A DNA stretch of 60,950 nt, counting the filler, from Platydemus manokwari (Eukaryota): assembly GCA_037951405.1 (NCBI GenBank). It is 5 parts of 5 records of this genome, joined end to end, with 100 filler letters (N's around TTAATTAATTAA, not from the genome) between each part and the next. Parts side by side here need not be neighbours in the genome. Positions count along the whole stretch, not along the records: positions 21,891 to 37,018 come from JBBMOY011343648.1; positions 37,119 to 49,764 come from JBBMOY010034458.1; 3 more parts are not named here. The stretch is one strand, 5' to 3'. Under the pieces are notes generated by a model. The model saw nothing but the letters and a program-made list of their open reading frames with translations, was not told the DNA's origin and searched no databases. Shown one piece after another: positions 27,490 to 38,102 of the stretch. Within the stretch, counting starts at the first letter, position 1. Every line of letters begins with the position of its first letter. The translations under genes and the position numbers were made by a program.

Positions 27490-28760
27490 ACATCACAGAT
27501 CCTCTCTTGATTTGTTATTAGCATACTCGTAGAATCTCATTCGTTCATTAACAATAGCGGTATATGTATCGGGATCGTAGTCGTAGTCTCTGGAACTTTC
27601 GTCATCCTCCTCGTTATCATCAGAGTCATAGTCATAGGGAGGGTAGAAATCGTTGTTTTTTAGCACAAAACCAATTGCTCATTATAAGTTGCCCCGTCTC
27701 TATTTTCTCGCATTCCATTTTTGAGTTGGAATTGTCATCGAGTTTCACCGATTTTATCTTTGAGCTGCTCTTTGACTGAGAAGATTTATCGCTATCAGAG
27801 ATTCGCTAAGTTTCCTGTTGAGTCCCAGTCTTCCTTTTGATCTCAGATAGAATCGTTTGTGATATTTTTCGATGGTCCAAAGTAGAACCGCAATTTTGTT
27901 TCGATTTCTTGGTCAAATCGTTTGAAGTTGTTGGCACGTTGAACGATAATGCTGCCAGTGGACAATAGTCGCAGCGTTGGGTTAACCGGAGATTTCAGTT
28001 TTGTACTGTTCTTGCGGGTCATTTTGGTAGGCGCATCTACGTAAATATTGTTTGGGATCGGTTTACTATTATCTTTGATCTTTGTCGGGAGTTTGAATTC
28101 TGGGGATTCAACTTTGATATACTTTTGTAGTGACAGGTTTTGACTTTCATCCAGTGGGTTCGTCTCGTTTGAATTGTTTTGAGAGTCAGTTATTGATAGA
28201 CATCGATTTGTCTGAGCTCATGACTAAATTGGGATATTAGATCCTTTTGCTTTTGTTTTTCGGGGAGAACTGTCTATGCTCCGGGCGGAATCATTACATT
28301 TGATTTCGGTATGTTTGGTTCTGACCGTAGGGGATGGTCTCGGATGATCAATACTATCGGTTTTGCTCTTTGTGATTTTATTGATAACTTCGGCGTTTAA
28401 GCCCAGATTGTTTAGCGTTCGGTAACCATGTCCTGTGATTTGCCAGTTGCTGATTCATGTGATTGAGCATATTCCTGGAGGATATTAAGTATTTGGTTCA
28501 GTAACCATTTTTCAGACTGATAGCTCGATTTGATGAACTTGGAAGGGTTATTATTGATGGAATTACCTTCCTAATATTATTATCCTTGCAGACGTACTCA
28601 GATTTACTATTAAGGCAAAATTTATGCATCCCATGTCGAGTAAGTTTAAGCCTACACTATGAAGTAAGTTTAAAATTCCGACTTGTTCTTAACATTTTTT
28701 TGCTCGAGTTTCGTTTGGGACTGGGAGCTTGATTAAGTTCGTCATCCTTTGTAGAAGTGC
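27490..28760 (-). pseudogene. Decayed gag/ORF1-like sequence with a frameshifted CCHC zinc knuckle and acidic tail
   Basis: Higher-GC island. ~27975-27933 reads CDYC..(frameshift)..HYRSTC. The 3' part reads NDFYPPYDYDSDDNEEDDESSRDYDYDPDTY...REDL*. Multiple stops and frameshifts. Confidence 0.45.
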
Positions 28761-29447
28761 TCTTTAGACAATTTTAAATCAAAATTAAATATACCAGAAA
28801 ATATTAGAAATTATGAATCAAATATAGAGCATAATTTTACTGAATTTTATAAAATTACACAATCCTCAGTAGTGTGAAATATTCCAAAGTTTTTTTCATT
28901 ATGTTAGATATTATGATATGTCATTTTGATTTATAAATGTACTCTCACATTCTTACTCTCAAGATCTTATTGAGTCTATTGATAGAAGTTATCACAGTAT
29001 TTTAATATATCGATTATAATATTTCTTTTTTTATTATATTTTAAATAATATTCATGCACAAAATGAATTATTGTGATTAAATTATAATTAAATGGAACAT
29101 GCTTGTGTATGGATAAGTATCAGAAAACCATTCACCATGAAACCAACATTAACTTCTTGATTTTATCCGTTAGATAACAGAAATTTTCCCGAGTTTATTT
29201 TGAGTTATGAATACCCTAACTATGCATAATAATCTTCATTTAATGTTGTTCCGTTGCGTTAAATAAATTTTAGATAGGTGAATTTTTTAGGTGAAAATTG
29301 TATCATCATATTTACAATTTTAAATTCAATAATTAGAATCAAGATTCTTTTCGAAAAATAATTAATTATTCGTTTTCAATATTTATAAATATTCTAAATG
29401 CATCATTCAGTTTTATTCGAATTCTTAACAATTTATTTATATATTTG

Positions 29448-32400
29448 TTACCGTTCAAAATTAATTTCATTTTTCAAACTTTCTTCGTATAATAATTCGT
29501 TCACGGCATCTTGTAAATTATAAAGCTTATTACCACGATTTAATTCACTTCGCATTCTATCTTTCAGTGTTCCTTTGGAAAATTCAGGTTTCACTGGTAA
29601 TGGTCTTCGTTGATTTACCGGCAGCTTTTCGTTCCATTTTAACCATTTTTCTTTGCACGATTGCTCATGAATTCCAATGGAATATTTGGTAAAATACCGA
29701 CCACAAATATAGCAAATAGTTCCTGGCATTGATGAAATCGGTCGTTCCTTTGCTTGTTGAATTGCTTCCTCGTTCTTCTCATGAGCTTCTATTATTAATT
29801 TCTTTTGAGTTTGATTGCACCACTGTGCATGCTCTTCAACATTTTGACGGGGAATCCATTTCTGGCACATATTACAACAAAAATTGATGAAATCTTCTTT
29901 GAATTCAGAATTCTGAATCAAATTTCTCATTATGTCTTGAATCGGAATACAGTCACAATTAGAATATTTCACAATTTGCGGAATAAATGGTTTATATTTT
30001 ATATGATAGCAATTCAAAAGGACATCTACAAGTTGAATGAATAAAGGATCCAGTACTGCTAATGTTATCAAATAAAATGATCTATTATTTAACATAAAAT
30101 CCAAATTTTCCTGCGTGGTTGGAATGAGAGGAATGTCTCCGTCACAAATATTTTTAATTCGATCTATTTGAACAGAAGCTTCATTACATTGTACACTTTC
30201 ATTACAAGGCATAATTTTGATTTTTCCTTGATCAACTTCCGGTTCGCATTTTACAGCTCTGGCTACTGATTTGCTCCTTTCAGATTCTTCACTTGGTTTA
30301 CATTTTTCCGATTTCGGTTCTTCAATAGACCTCTTCGAAACCAAACCTTGATCACCTTTATTGATCATTTGTACTCCAGTACTACTGACTTCTCTATCCG
30401 TACTAAGTTCACCCTTATTTTTTAAAAGATCTGCTTCGGATAGACGAAATTTATAAGTATCATCTTCATTGCTACTTTTTCTGTATGGCAAATCAATTGA
30501 TTTTTTCTTGATCTCTCCGTCTTCACTGGATAAATTTGGATTGGAATACCATTTTTTCCCCATATCATAATCAGATTGCTTTTTCGAACTTTTGGATGGC
30601 ACTGTTTTACTATCCGATTTGCGTCTCTTCATAAATTCGGTATCGGGAACAATTTTATCAAAGAAACCTTTCTTTGATGATATTGAACTCCCAGAGTCAT
30701 ATTTGTCTTTTAATTCAGCTGTTGATTTTTTAATTGGTTTCATTGAACTTTTAGGCAACTTTGGACTTTTAGATTTCTTTTGACCTTTATCAAGTGCTTT
30801 AGTATTAAATAAATACCCTTTATCTAAATGATCCTCGTGATCTGGCATTTCATAAGGATGACGTCCTTCAAATATATGTGAAATACCCGGTCTATATTCT
30901 TGATAATATTCTCCTCTAATTTTGTTCTTTTCTTTTGGCTTTTCAAATTTCGATCTATCAGGAATAGTTTTCTGTTTTGGAGATTTTTGTTTCGGAGATT
31001 TTTGCTTTGGAGACTTCTGTTTTTGTGGCTTTTGCTTTGGAGATTTTTGTTTCGTGGGTTCTTGTGTTGGGGATTTTTGTTTGTCCAGTCCGCCTTGTGG
31101 TTTGTCACAAATTCTTTTACATGCAAATGGAAGACATGTAGGCTTTTGTTTGTCACCTGCACGATCGCATTGTGCTGCGGTGCTTTTGGTTATAGCAGGT
31201 TTTAGTGTTTTGGTTTTTTGAAAATCCACTTGATAGGTGGAATCTTCTTTAATAATGAATTTATCAGGCTTTGGTTCTTTATGATCAGAACCTGATCTAT
31301 CTGGTGATTGATAAAGTTTACGTTCCGGCATTATCACTGGTACTTTTCTTTCTATTTCAGCAGGTATGGGAGGTGATTCTACTCTTTTGCTTGGTGGCGG
31401 TTGTTGTGATTTTGATTTTCTATGGCATTTATAGGGTAAACAAATGCAAGATGCTTTGCTTGGTTTAACTTCCTTAATTGGTTTCTGTAAAATCTGCTTT
31501 TCATTATAAGTTTGATGTAAATTAGATTTGATTACTGGCTTTGGAATTTTTTCGGTAGTAACCAAGCTTGGTCTGGTCGGTTCTAAACTAGGTCTAGTTG
31601 GCTGCAAACTAGTTTTACTAGGCTGTAAAAGTAGTTCATTGGGTCGAGATTTCTCAGATCTTCTCGATTTTAATTCTTGTAATGATGATTTTTTGTGTTT
31701 GACGACCTCCTTTGAAGGTCGAGTAATTACAGCTGTGGATGATTTAGATTTTATGGGTTGTAAAGTCGGTTCACTGCTTCTAACGTCATCTTTGTGAAAT
31801 TTTTCCGACTTGGTTGACTTAGATCTTGGAGGTCCAAATAATGGTTCGTAGTCTGCAATTTGATCAGAATAATATTTTCCATTTCCAAATGATTCAGTAA
31901 TGTATCTGCCTGTACTAGTATCTCCTCTGAATACTCTTGAATGAGCTGGTGATTTTTTTAATGGTTTGTTTACAAAACAGTTAAATAAACATCCCGCCTT
32001 GAGACAATCATCTGTTCCCTTATTTTCCTCTTTTGGTTTTACATTTTTATTTAATTCCTTTTTCTTCAAAGTCGATCTTCTACGAAGCGCATCCTGACTT
32101 TCCTTGTGGAGCAGCTTATCTTTATCCCGTTTATGTTTCATATGCACCTTTTCACTCTTATCAGTTTCAAAGTACAATTCGGGTTCAAATTGAACAGTAT
32201 CTTGTTTCATTTCAGGTAATATTGCTTCATGTAAAACAATGTTTTTTGGTTTTGGATCACTTAGACTTTCCAAAGTAACCAAGTGCGTATTAGAAACGGT
32301 ATTTACGTCTTTACTTTTCACTGATTCTTCACTTTTCAATGGTTTTTCCTTTTTTACTTTTTCCTTCGTTGATTTACTTTCAGATTTCGGAACACTTATT

Positions 32401-35165
32401 TCCCATTTATCTTTTTTTCTATCAATATCGTTTATCAGATTTTCCTCGAAGCTATGCTTAGGCTGGATGATATCATTGGTTAAAACGTTATCCTTGTTCT
32501 TAAATGGAAAATTTGTTGGAGTTAATTCAATATCTTTATTACCTGCTGCATATCTTGCTTCCTCTTCTGTTAACTTTATTGAATCTGGAATGTTATCGAC
32601 CGGTGGTATCACAATATTATCATCCTCTGATGCAACAACTTCTCTTTCTACTGATATTTCATCCTCTAATCGAAGAATTTTCTCATTTTTATTTGGAGAT
32701 TTTCTGATTTCTATTTTGGTTGTGATTTCGATTTTTCTGACTTTATCAGATTTCTTTTCCAGATTATCCCATTTTTGATCTTCGATTTCAACAAGTTCCG
32801 TTAAGTCTGAACTTTTTTTGACAATTTGACTTTCAACTTTTGGTTCAAAATTGTCTAAAATTATTTTTCGTTCAATATAGCGGGGCTTTTCAGGATCCAG
32901 CTGGAGTGTTGCACTTTTATTTAAATCTGTTGATGGAGTTTGATCATTATTTTGTTTGACATTGAATTGCACTGTAACGCTCTTATCCGAGTAGTTGTCC
33001 ATTGATGTAACTTCTGTGTTTTCTAAAAAAGCTACAGATTTCGAAGTCTGGAAATTATCTTTTGGCAATGTTTCAATGTATTCGTAAGGTTTTTTATTTT
33101 TCTGCATATCCAAATAATCGTCAATACTTTTATATCCGTGCAATGTGTCTTGAAAAGACTCCTTCACTTCCGATTTTTCTTGATTATCATGCTTTTCAAT
33201 ATCATTATCTTTTTTCACTTTATCAACTTGCATTTCAATTGATCTTTGATTTGATTTAACTTCTTCCTCTTCTAGTAATTTTTTATCCCTATCACTTAAA
33301 TATTCCAAAGTTTTTGCGATCGTTGTTCTGACTGAATCCCTCGGGGTTGTCTGTTTCTTAACTGTCCTTATTTTGACATCTTTTTGCACATCGTATACAG
33401 GTTGAACTTCATTTTCTTTGTCGATATCTGTCAACATATCTTTGTTGTAATCTTTAGTATGTTCAAGGCTTGCTTCTTCCATTTTAATGTCTTCATGTTG
33501 AATTACAGCCTTTTCACATTTTTCTGGGTCTGTTGTCACTTTCATTTCCTTTTGAAATCCTTTGATCAACTCTTTATCACTTTCTTTTTTCCATTTTTCA
33601 TAAGTCTGCTTGTTAATATTAGTTTTCTCATCAACTGGCATACAATCTTTGTTGGGTATATTTTGAGACTTACTCTTGTCTTCAGACGAAATCACATCCC
33701 AATTTTTCTGATAGTCTTTGTCAAATGTTTCGACATTCGACAATCGCAGATTTTCATGCACTGCGTGTTTCAATTCGACTGATTTTCTGTTGAATAAAGT
33801 GGTGAAAAATTTCTCTTCAATTTTTTTCATTATCACTCTATGAAATGGAAGAGCTTTAGCGATATCTTCCTTTCGTCTTTCAGTAGTGGCGAAATTTTCA
33901 CATCGAACATCGACTTTGGGTTCATAATAATTTGGTGATTTGGGATCATAGACTTTGGTTGTAGTAACATATTGTTCTTCAACTTTTGTTACAACATCAC
34001 GAACTTTTCTTTGTTCCAATGCTCCTGATTCCACTTTTGGTCGATTGTCAGAAATATCGGACATATAAACGGTTTCTTCGCCTTGAACCGCCTGTGAATC
34101 GTAGATCGGTGAAGAATAGCTTCGTTGTCGAAGTTTACCTAATCTGATTTCATAAGTGATGACTTCTTTATTATCTAAAGCTTTCTGCAAATTATCGCTA
34201 AAATCAGAATCGAAACTGCTTTGTGATTTAGCATTTTTTAAAGTGTTCTGATCTTCATATTGATGGGTTTCTCGAATAATTTTCTTTTTCGTTGAAGGTT
34301 TGTCATCATTTTCCAAATAATTAAAGAAATCAGATGATCTGTCAGTTTTTATTACAATTTCATTGTTTTTCTCAGGATTTATATCAATACTAACAGTTAC
34401 TTTTGGATCCTTTTGAATTGAAGAATTTTTTGGGATTCTCCTTACATTATCATTATCATTCAAATTGAATTTTACATGGCCTTGATTTTCAACCTCATAT
34501 GAAGAGCTCCTCACTATTGTTTCCGTTTTTTCTTTTGCAGAAGGCTGGACATTACTTGAATTGAACTTTCGTCTCATTTGATAACCTGAATCAATTTCGT
34601 CAAATGATGTGAAATGTTTATCAGCCATTGTGCCTCTATCAATCCGTTTAATACATATTTCATTGTAATATGGAAAGTTTTTTAAATCATCAGTCTTTGA
34701 ATTCTTTTCCCATCCTTTATTAACAGATTTATCTGATGTTAATTGATTATCTCTTGGTTCCTTCTTATTTTCATCGCAATTATCCAGAATTCGCTTGTTG
34801 AACAAAATCGAATCGTAAGTTGTCTTATTGTTATTTAGTTTATTCATTTCTTTTACATTCGAATTAGAAGTGGCATATTTGTAAATACATTGACTCGGAT
34901 TTGTCGAGATGAATTTTTTATTATCTGTTAAAGCTTTTGATTTACTTTCGATATAGTAATTGAATTCGCGATCAATTTTATCCATGATTTCAAGCATTTT
35001 TCTGTTGTTTTCTGGTTCGTTTGGTGATTCATGAAGTTGATTTTCATATTTTGCATAGAGTGAATGTTTCCAATTGACCATTTGACGAAGAAATCGTTTT
35101 CGACTACAGTGATACTTATAAGAATTGTTGTTGAAGTTATGCAGCTTCTTTTTGGTGAAAGTCAT
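29448..35165 (-). CDS. Intronless 1905-aa Lys/Glu/Ser-rich protein with C-terminal C2HC zinc fingers (ZNF474/zf-C2HC_2-like)
   Basis: 5.7-kb open frame with AAAATG start context. C-terminal TICYICGRYFTKYSIGIHEQSCKEKW...LPVNQRRPLPVKP matches the ZNF474-type finger (CxxCGRxF....+.IHExxC..KW...LP...RRP.P.KP). A second finger, CNMCQKWIPRQNVEEHAQWC, lies just upstream. Confidence 0.88.
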   Translation of the reverse strand: MTFTKKKLHNFNNNSYKYHCSRKRFLRQMVNWKHSLYAKYENQLHESPNEPENNRKMLEIMDKIDREFNYYIESKSKALTDNKKFISTNPSQCIYKYATSNSNVKEMNKLNNNKTTYDSILFNKRILDNCDENKKEPRDNQLTSDKSVNKGWEKNSKTDDLKNFPYYNEICIKRIDRGTMADKHFTSFDEIDSGYQMRRKFNSSNVQPSAKEKTETIVRSSSYEVENQGHVKFNLNDNDNVRRIPKNSSIQKDPKVTVSIDINPEKNNEIVIKTDRSSDFFNYLENDDKPSTKKKIIRETHQYEDQNTLKNAKSQSSFDSDFSDNLQKALDNKEVITYEIRLGKLRQRSYSSPIYDSQAVQGEETVYMSDISDNRPKVESGALEQRKVRDVVTKVEEQYVTTTKVYDPKSPNYYEPKVDVRCENFATTERRKEDIAKALPFHRVIMKKIEEKFFTTLFNRKSVELKHAVHENLRLSNVETFDKDYQKNWDVISSEDKSKSQNIPNKDCMPVDEKTNINKQTYEKWKKESDKELIKGFQKEMKVTTDPEKCEKAVIQHEDIKMEEASLEHTKDYNKDMLTDIDKENEVQPVYDVQKDVKIRTVKKQTTPRDSVRTTIAKTLEYLSDRDKKLLEEEEVKSNQRSIEMQVDKVKKDNDIEKHDNQEKSEVKESFQDTLHGYKSIDDYLDMQKNKKPYEYIETLPKDNFQTSKSVAFLENTEVTSMDNYSDKSVTVQFNVKQNNDQTPSTDLNKSATLQLDPEKPRYIERKIILDNFEPKVESQIVKKSSDLTELVEIEDQKWDNLEKKSDKVRKIEITTKIEIRKSPNKNEKILRLEDEISVEREVVASEDDNIVIPPVDNIPDSIKLTEEEARYAAGNKDIELTPTNFPFKNKDNVLTNDIIQPKHSFEENLINDIDRKKDKWEISVPKSESKSTKEKVKKEKPLKSEESVKSKDVNTVSNTHLVTLESLSDPKPKNIVLHEAILPEMKQDTVQFEPELYFETDKSEKVHMKHKRDKDKLLHKESQDALRRRSTLKKKELNKNVKPKEENKGTDDCLKAGCLFNCFVNKPLKKSPAHSRVFRGDTSTGRYITESFGNGKYYSDQIADYEPLFGPPRSKSTKSEKFHKDDVRSSEPTLQPIKSKSSTAVITRPSKEVVKHKKSSLQELKSRRSEKSRPNELLLQPSKTSLQPTRPSLEPTRPSLVTTEKIPKPVIKSNLHQTYNEKQILQKPIKEVKPSKASCICLPYKCHRKSKSQQPPPSKRVESPPIPAEIERKVPVIMPERKLYQSPDRSGSDHKEPKPDKFIIKEDSTYQVDFQKTKTLKPAITKSTAAQCDRAGDKQKPTCLPFACKRICDKPQGGLDKQKSPTQEPTKQKSPKQKPQKQKSPKQKSPKQKSPKQKTIPDRSKFEKPKEKNKIRGEYYQEYRPGISHIFEGRHPYEMPDHEDHLDKGYLFNTKALDKGQKKSKSPKLPKSSMKPIKKSTAELKDKYDSGSSISSKKGFFDKIVPDTEFMKRRKSDSKTVPSKSSKKQSDYDMGKKWYSNPNLSSEDGEIKKKSIDLPYRKSSNEDDTYKFRLSEADLLKNKGELSTDREVSSTGVQMINKGDQGLVSKRSIEEPKSEKCKPSEESERSKSVARAVKCEPEVDQGKIKIMPCNESVQCNEASVQIDRIKNICDGDIPLIPTTQENLDFMLNNRSFYLITLAVLDPLFIQLVDVLLNCYHIKYKPFIPQIVKYSNCDCIPIQDIMRNLIQNSEFKEDFINFCCNMCQKWIPRQNVEEHAQWCNQTQKKLIIEAHEKNEEAIQQAKERPISSMPGTICYICGRYFTKYSIGIHEQSCKEKWLKWNEKLPVNQRRPLPVKPEFSKGTLKDRMRSELNRGNKLYNLQDAVNELLYEESLKNEINFER
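30970..31085 (-). repeat. Coding 15-nt tandem repeat encoding (KQKSP)n
   Basis: KQKSPTQEPTKQKSPKQKPQKQKSPKQKSPKQKSPKQKT. Confidence 0.9.
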
Positions 35166-37018
35166 TTTTATTTTTATGAATTCTTTGAATAATATTATTC
35201 CGTTTATCGAATCATTTAATCAAATAAAAAATCGATTAATTTGTTTATTATTATTTTAAATGGGTTTTAGTTAGCTTTTTTTATTTCGAATTATAATTTA
35301 GTAAATTCCTGGATTGATATAATTATATTTTAATTGAGTGTTCGTCGATCCAATACACAATAATCTTTTCCGTTGATAATAATTATTTCAAGAAATTTTA
35401 AAATCTTTATCCAGAGTATATCCATTTCCAATTTGAAGTTGAATATTTGTTAATTTCAATCCATTTACAAACGGTTTAGTATGTCAATACCGTTTAATTT
35501 GCTTGGAAACTTTTTTTCAGATAAATCCAAAAAAATGAAGTTAAATGATGATTTTTAGATTTCATAAAATAATAAATGTTGGCAAACTTTTGTTTTTGGA
35601 TAAATTTTTGTATTTCTTTTCTCGAATTTGAAGACAGAATTGTTTTCAACTACCAATAGCTATTATTTATCTATATCAATGTTCGTATTTTGTGTTACAT
35701 ATAATTATTTAGTAATATGATCTTGAATTATTATAATTCATTTAATTAATGTTAAAGTATGACATATGAGAGCATTCTGGTCAATTAATTATATTAAATT
35801 TAAAAAATCGCTTAGATCAGTGTTATTCAAAAGGAATGAAAAAATTTTTGAGGTCGCGAGAAATTTCATTTTTGATACTGACTTATATTAAGACAAAATA
35901 TCGATCGAATTTGAATGATCTGGAATTAGTACTGAGACCAGCAATCATCAAAATAGAGTTAAGATTTAATGTTTTATGTCAGAATATGCAAAATCGTTGT
36001 TATTAGTAAATATATTTTAATTTTTTGGTGTTAAAGAATCTTTTCTATTAAAAAATTTTCTTTATTATTTTTATTTTAGTCCCTAGGGATAGCGAAAAAC
36101 TCGTAAAGTGGGTTGCAACACAGAAATGTGAAGACCTCTAATTTAGATAATATCATATTTGGTTATATAATTACACTGTCATCTTTAACTTTATTAGACA
36201 ATTTTTAACATCTAGTTAGATTATTTTTTTCTTATTATTCATCATTATTCCTTCATTTTGGTTCTTTTTGTTGTCTGACTTAATTTTAGTTCTTTTGTTT
36301 CTTCTTATCATTTGTAGCATGGATTAGTTGGGAGTTGTTTTGGAGCAATTTAATGCATGTTTACCCTTCAATAGAGCCTTGTCAACATTTTTATATGAGA
36401 TATCGTCTGAAAAATTATTTCATTCCATAGATAAATATTCTCTTTAAATTTATTAAAAATTTGAATTTTTTTTTGAATTTATATTTTTTTAATTTTTATC
36501 ATTGAATCGAAATTCTATCGATAATTATTTATAAAAAAATAGAATTTGTTAACAAAAAGCAATAGCATTGTCAAAAGTTGATTTGTGATACTCTATTCAG
36601 CTTATAAACTCTATGGTTGGACAATAATTTGATATATTCTATCAACACCCATTTTTCATTATAGGTATTTCGAGAACAATAGATAATTTCTTTTATTAAT
36701 TCATCTACGTGAGTTGTTTTTATGTGCTTAGGAATGTCGATAATTGTTTTGTAATATAATCATTGTTTCCAGATTCAGAGAATATTTTTCATATTATCAA
36801 GCTTTCAACCTTAATTTCTGATAGATTTAATAAAATTCAATATTAAAATTCTATTAAGTAGAGATTTTTATTTATTGTTAATTTAAAAATTTAAGCAAAA
36901 ATTACAAGTTCATCGAATGAATTAATTTTCTTTAATAATTTTATTTGAGCCCTTGATTATGAAAGTGGTATAAGTCATTTCAACCTTTCAAAACCAAATT
37001 TCCATTTAAAAATGGTAA

Positions 37019-37118
37019 NNNNNNNNNNNNNNNNNNNNNNNNNNNNNNNNNNNNNNNNNNNNTTAATTAATTAANNNNNNNNNNNNNNNNNNNNNNNNNN
37101 NNNNNNNNNNNNNNNNNN
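37019..37118. other. Assembly gap with TTAATTAATTAA linker
   Basis: 44 N + linker + 44 N. Confidence 0.97.
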
Positions 37119-38102
37119 TAAGGTTAATCTTTTTTTATTATATTTTAGAATGAAGTATTAATAATATAATCAATAATTCTTATGTATTATTATTATGATT
37201 TATAATTTAAATGTCGATTCTTCTTTAATACATTTTAGAATGAATAAATTTCTAAAAGTGGTGCTAAACCATGGAATTGTGTTGTTCTAATTAGTTGGTA
37301 ACACGTGCAATACGAGTATGTCCTACTATTTTCATTGACAAAAACAATGTACTAATAACTTTTCAACAATTTATCCGACACTATGGAAGTTACATTTCGC
37401 GCGGAATCAAGGATCAAACAATTAAAACAACTCTATATGAATACACACACATATGTGTGTGCAAGACTTTTTTGTCCATTAATTTTTCCTTTGTAGTGCT
37501 TCTTAAGTTCGTACAATTAATTTTCAATGATGACAACTGTAATCAACGAAAGTTATGCAAAATTTACCGAATAATTATTAATACTAAAATAATTTTTGAA
37601 TCCATGTTACCAATATACTCTAGATTATACAAAAATTGCAGTTCCCTTTTAATGGTATCATGTGTTAAAAAGTTTAGGGTTTCAATTAAAATAGACTTTA
37701 ATTATACTGAAGAGCTGGAGTTATAAAAATTGAAAGATTGAAACGACTCTCATCTAACATTAAAATGTTTTTAATGAGGACGCTGTTTAACTCCAACAAA
37801 AGGCTATGGTAAAAGAATTTCCGAAAATAGAAACAGATTTTAAGGATTACGAACTTTAAAAGAATACCAAGGGCTCTAAAATTAGTACACCAACAAAAGT
37901 ACAAACATTATCGATGTAACTTTTATTTTGAAATACATAATTTATTTAATTAATTTAATTAAATTTGTGCTATTATGTTATCAAATTGGAGTATGACTTA
38001 CAGGAGCCGAGCTTATGCTCCACTGGTTTTCAAGTCTACTTTTAAGTACTGTTTTTATTACTAGTTTGTTTGAATTTGCCATTTTTGCTCATTGATAACC
38101 CT

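Noticed and set aside
29805-33782. Many + strand ORFs (e.g. GDFCFGDFCF repeats, 179-aa hydrophobic ORF)
   Set aside because: Antisense shadows of the Lys-rich 1905-aa minus-strand ORF.
35815-36410. Exon-like pieces (PRDSEKLVKWVATQKCEDL* on +, DISYKNVDKALLK on -)
   Set aside because: Could not join them into a phase-consistent model, and no homology recognised.
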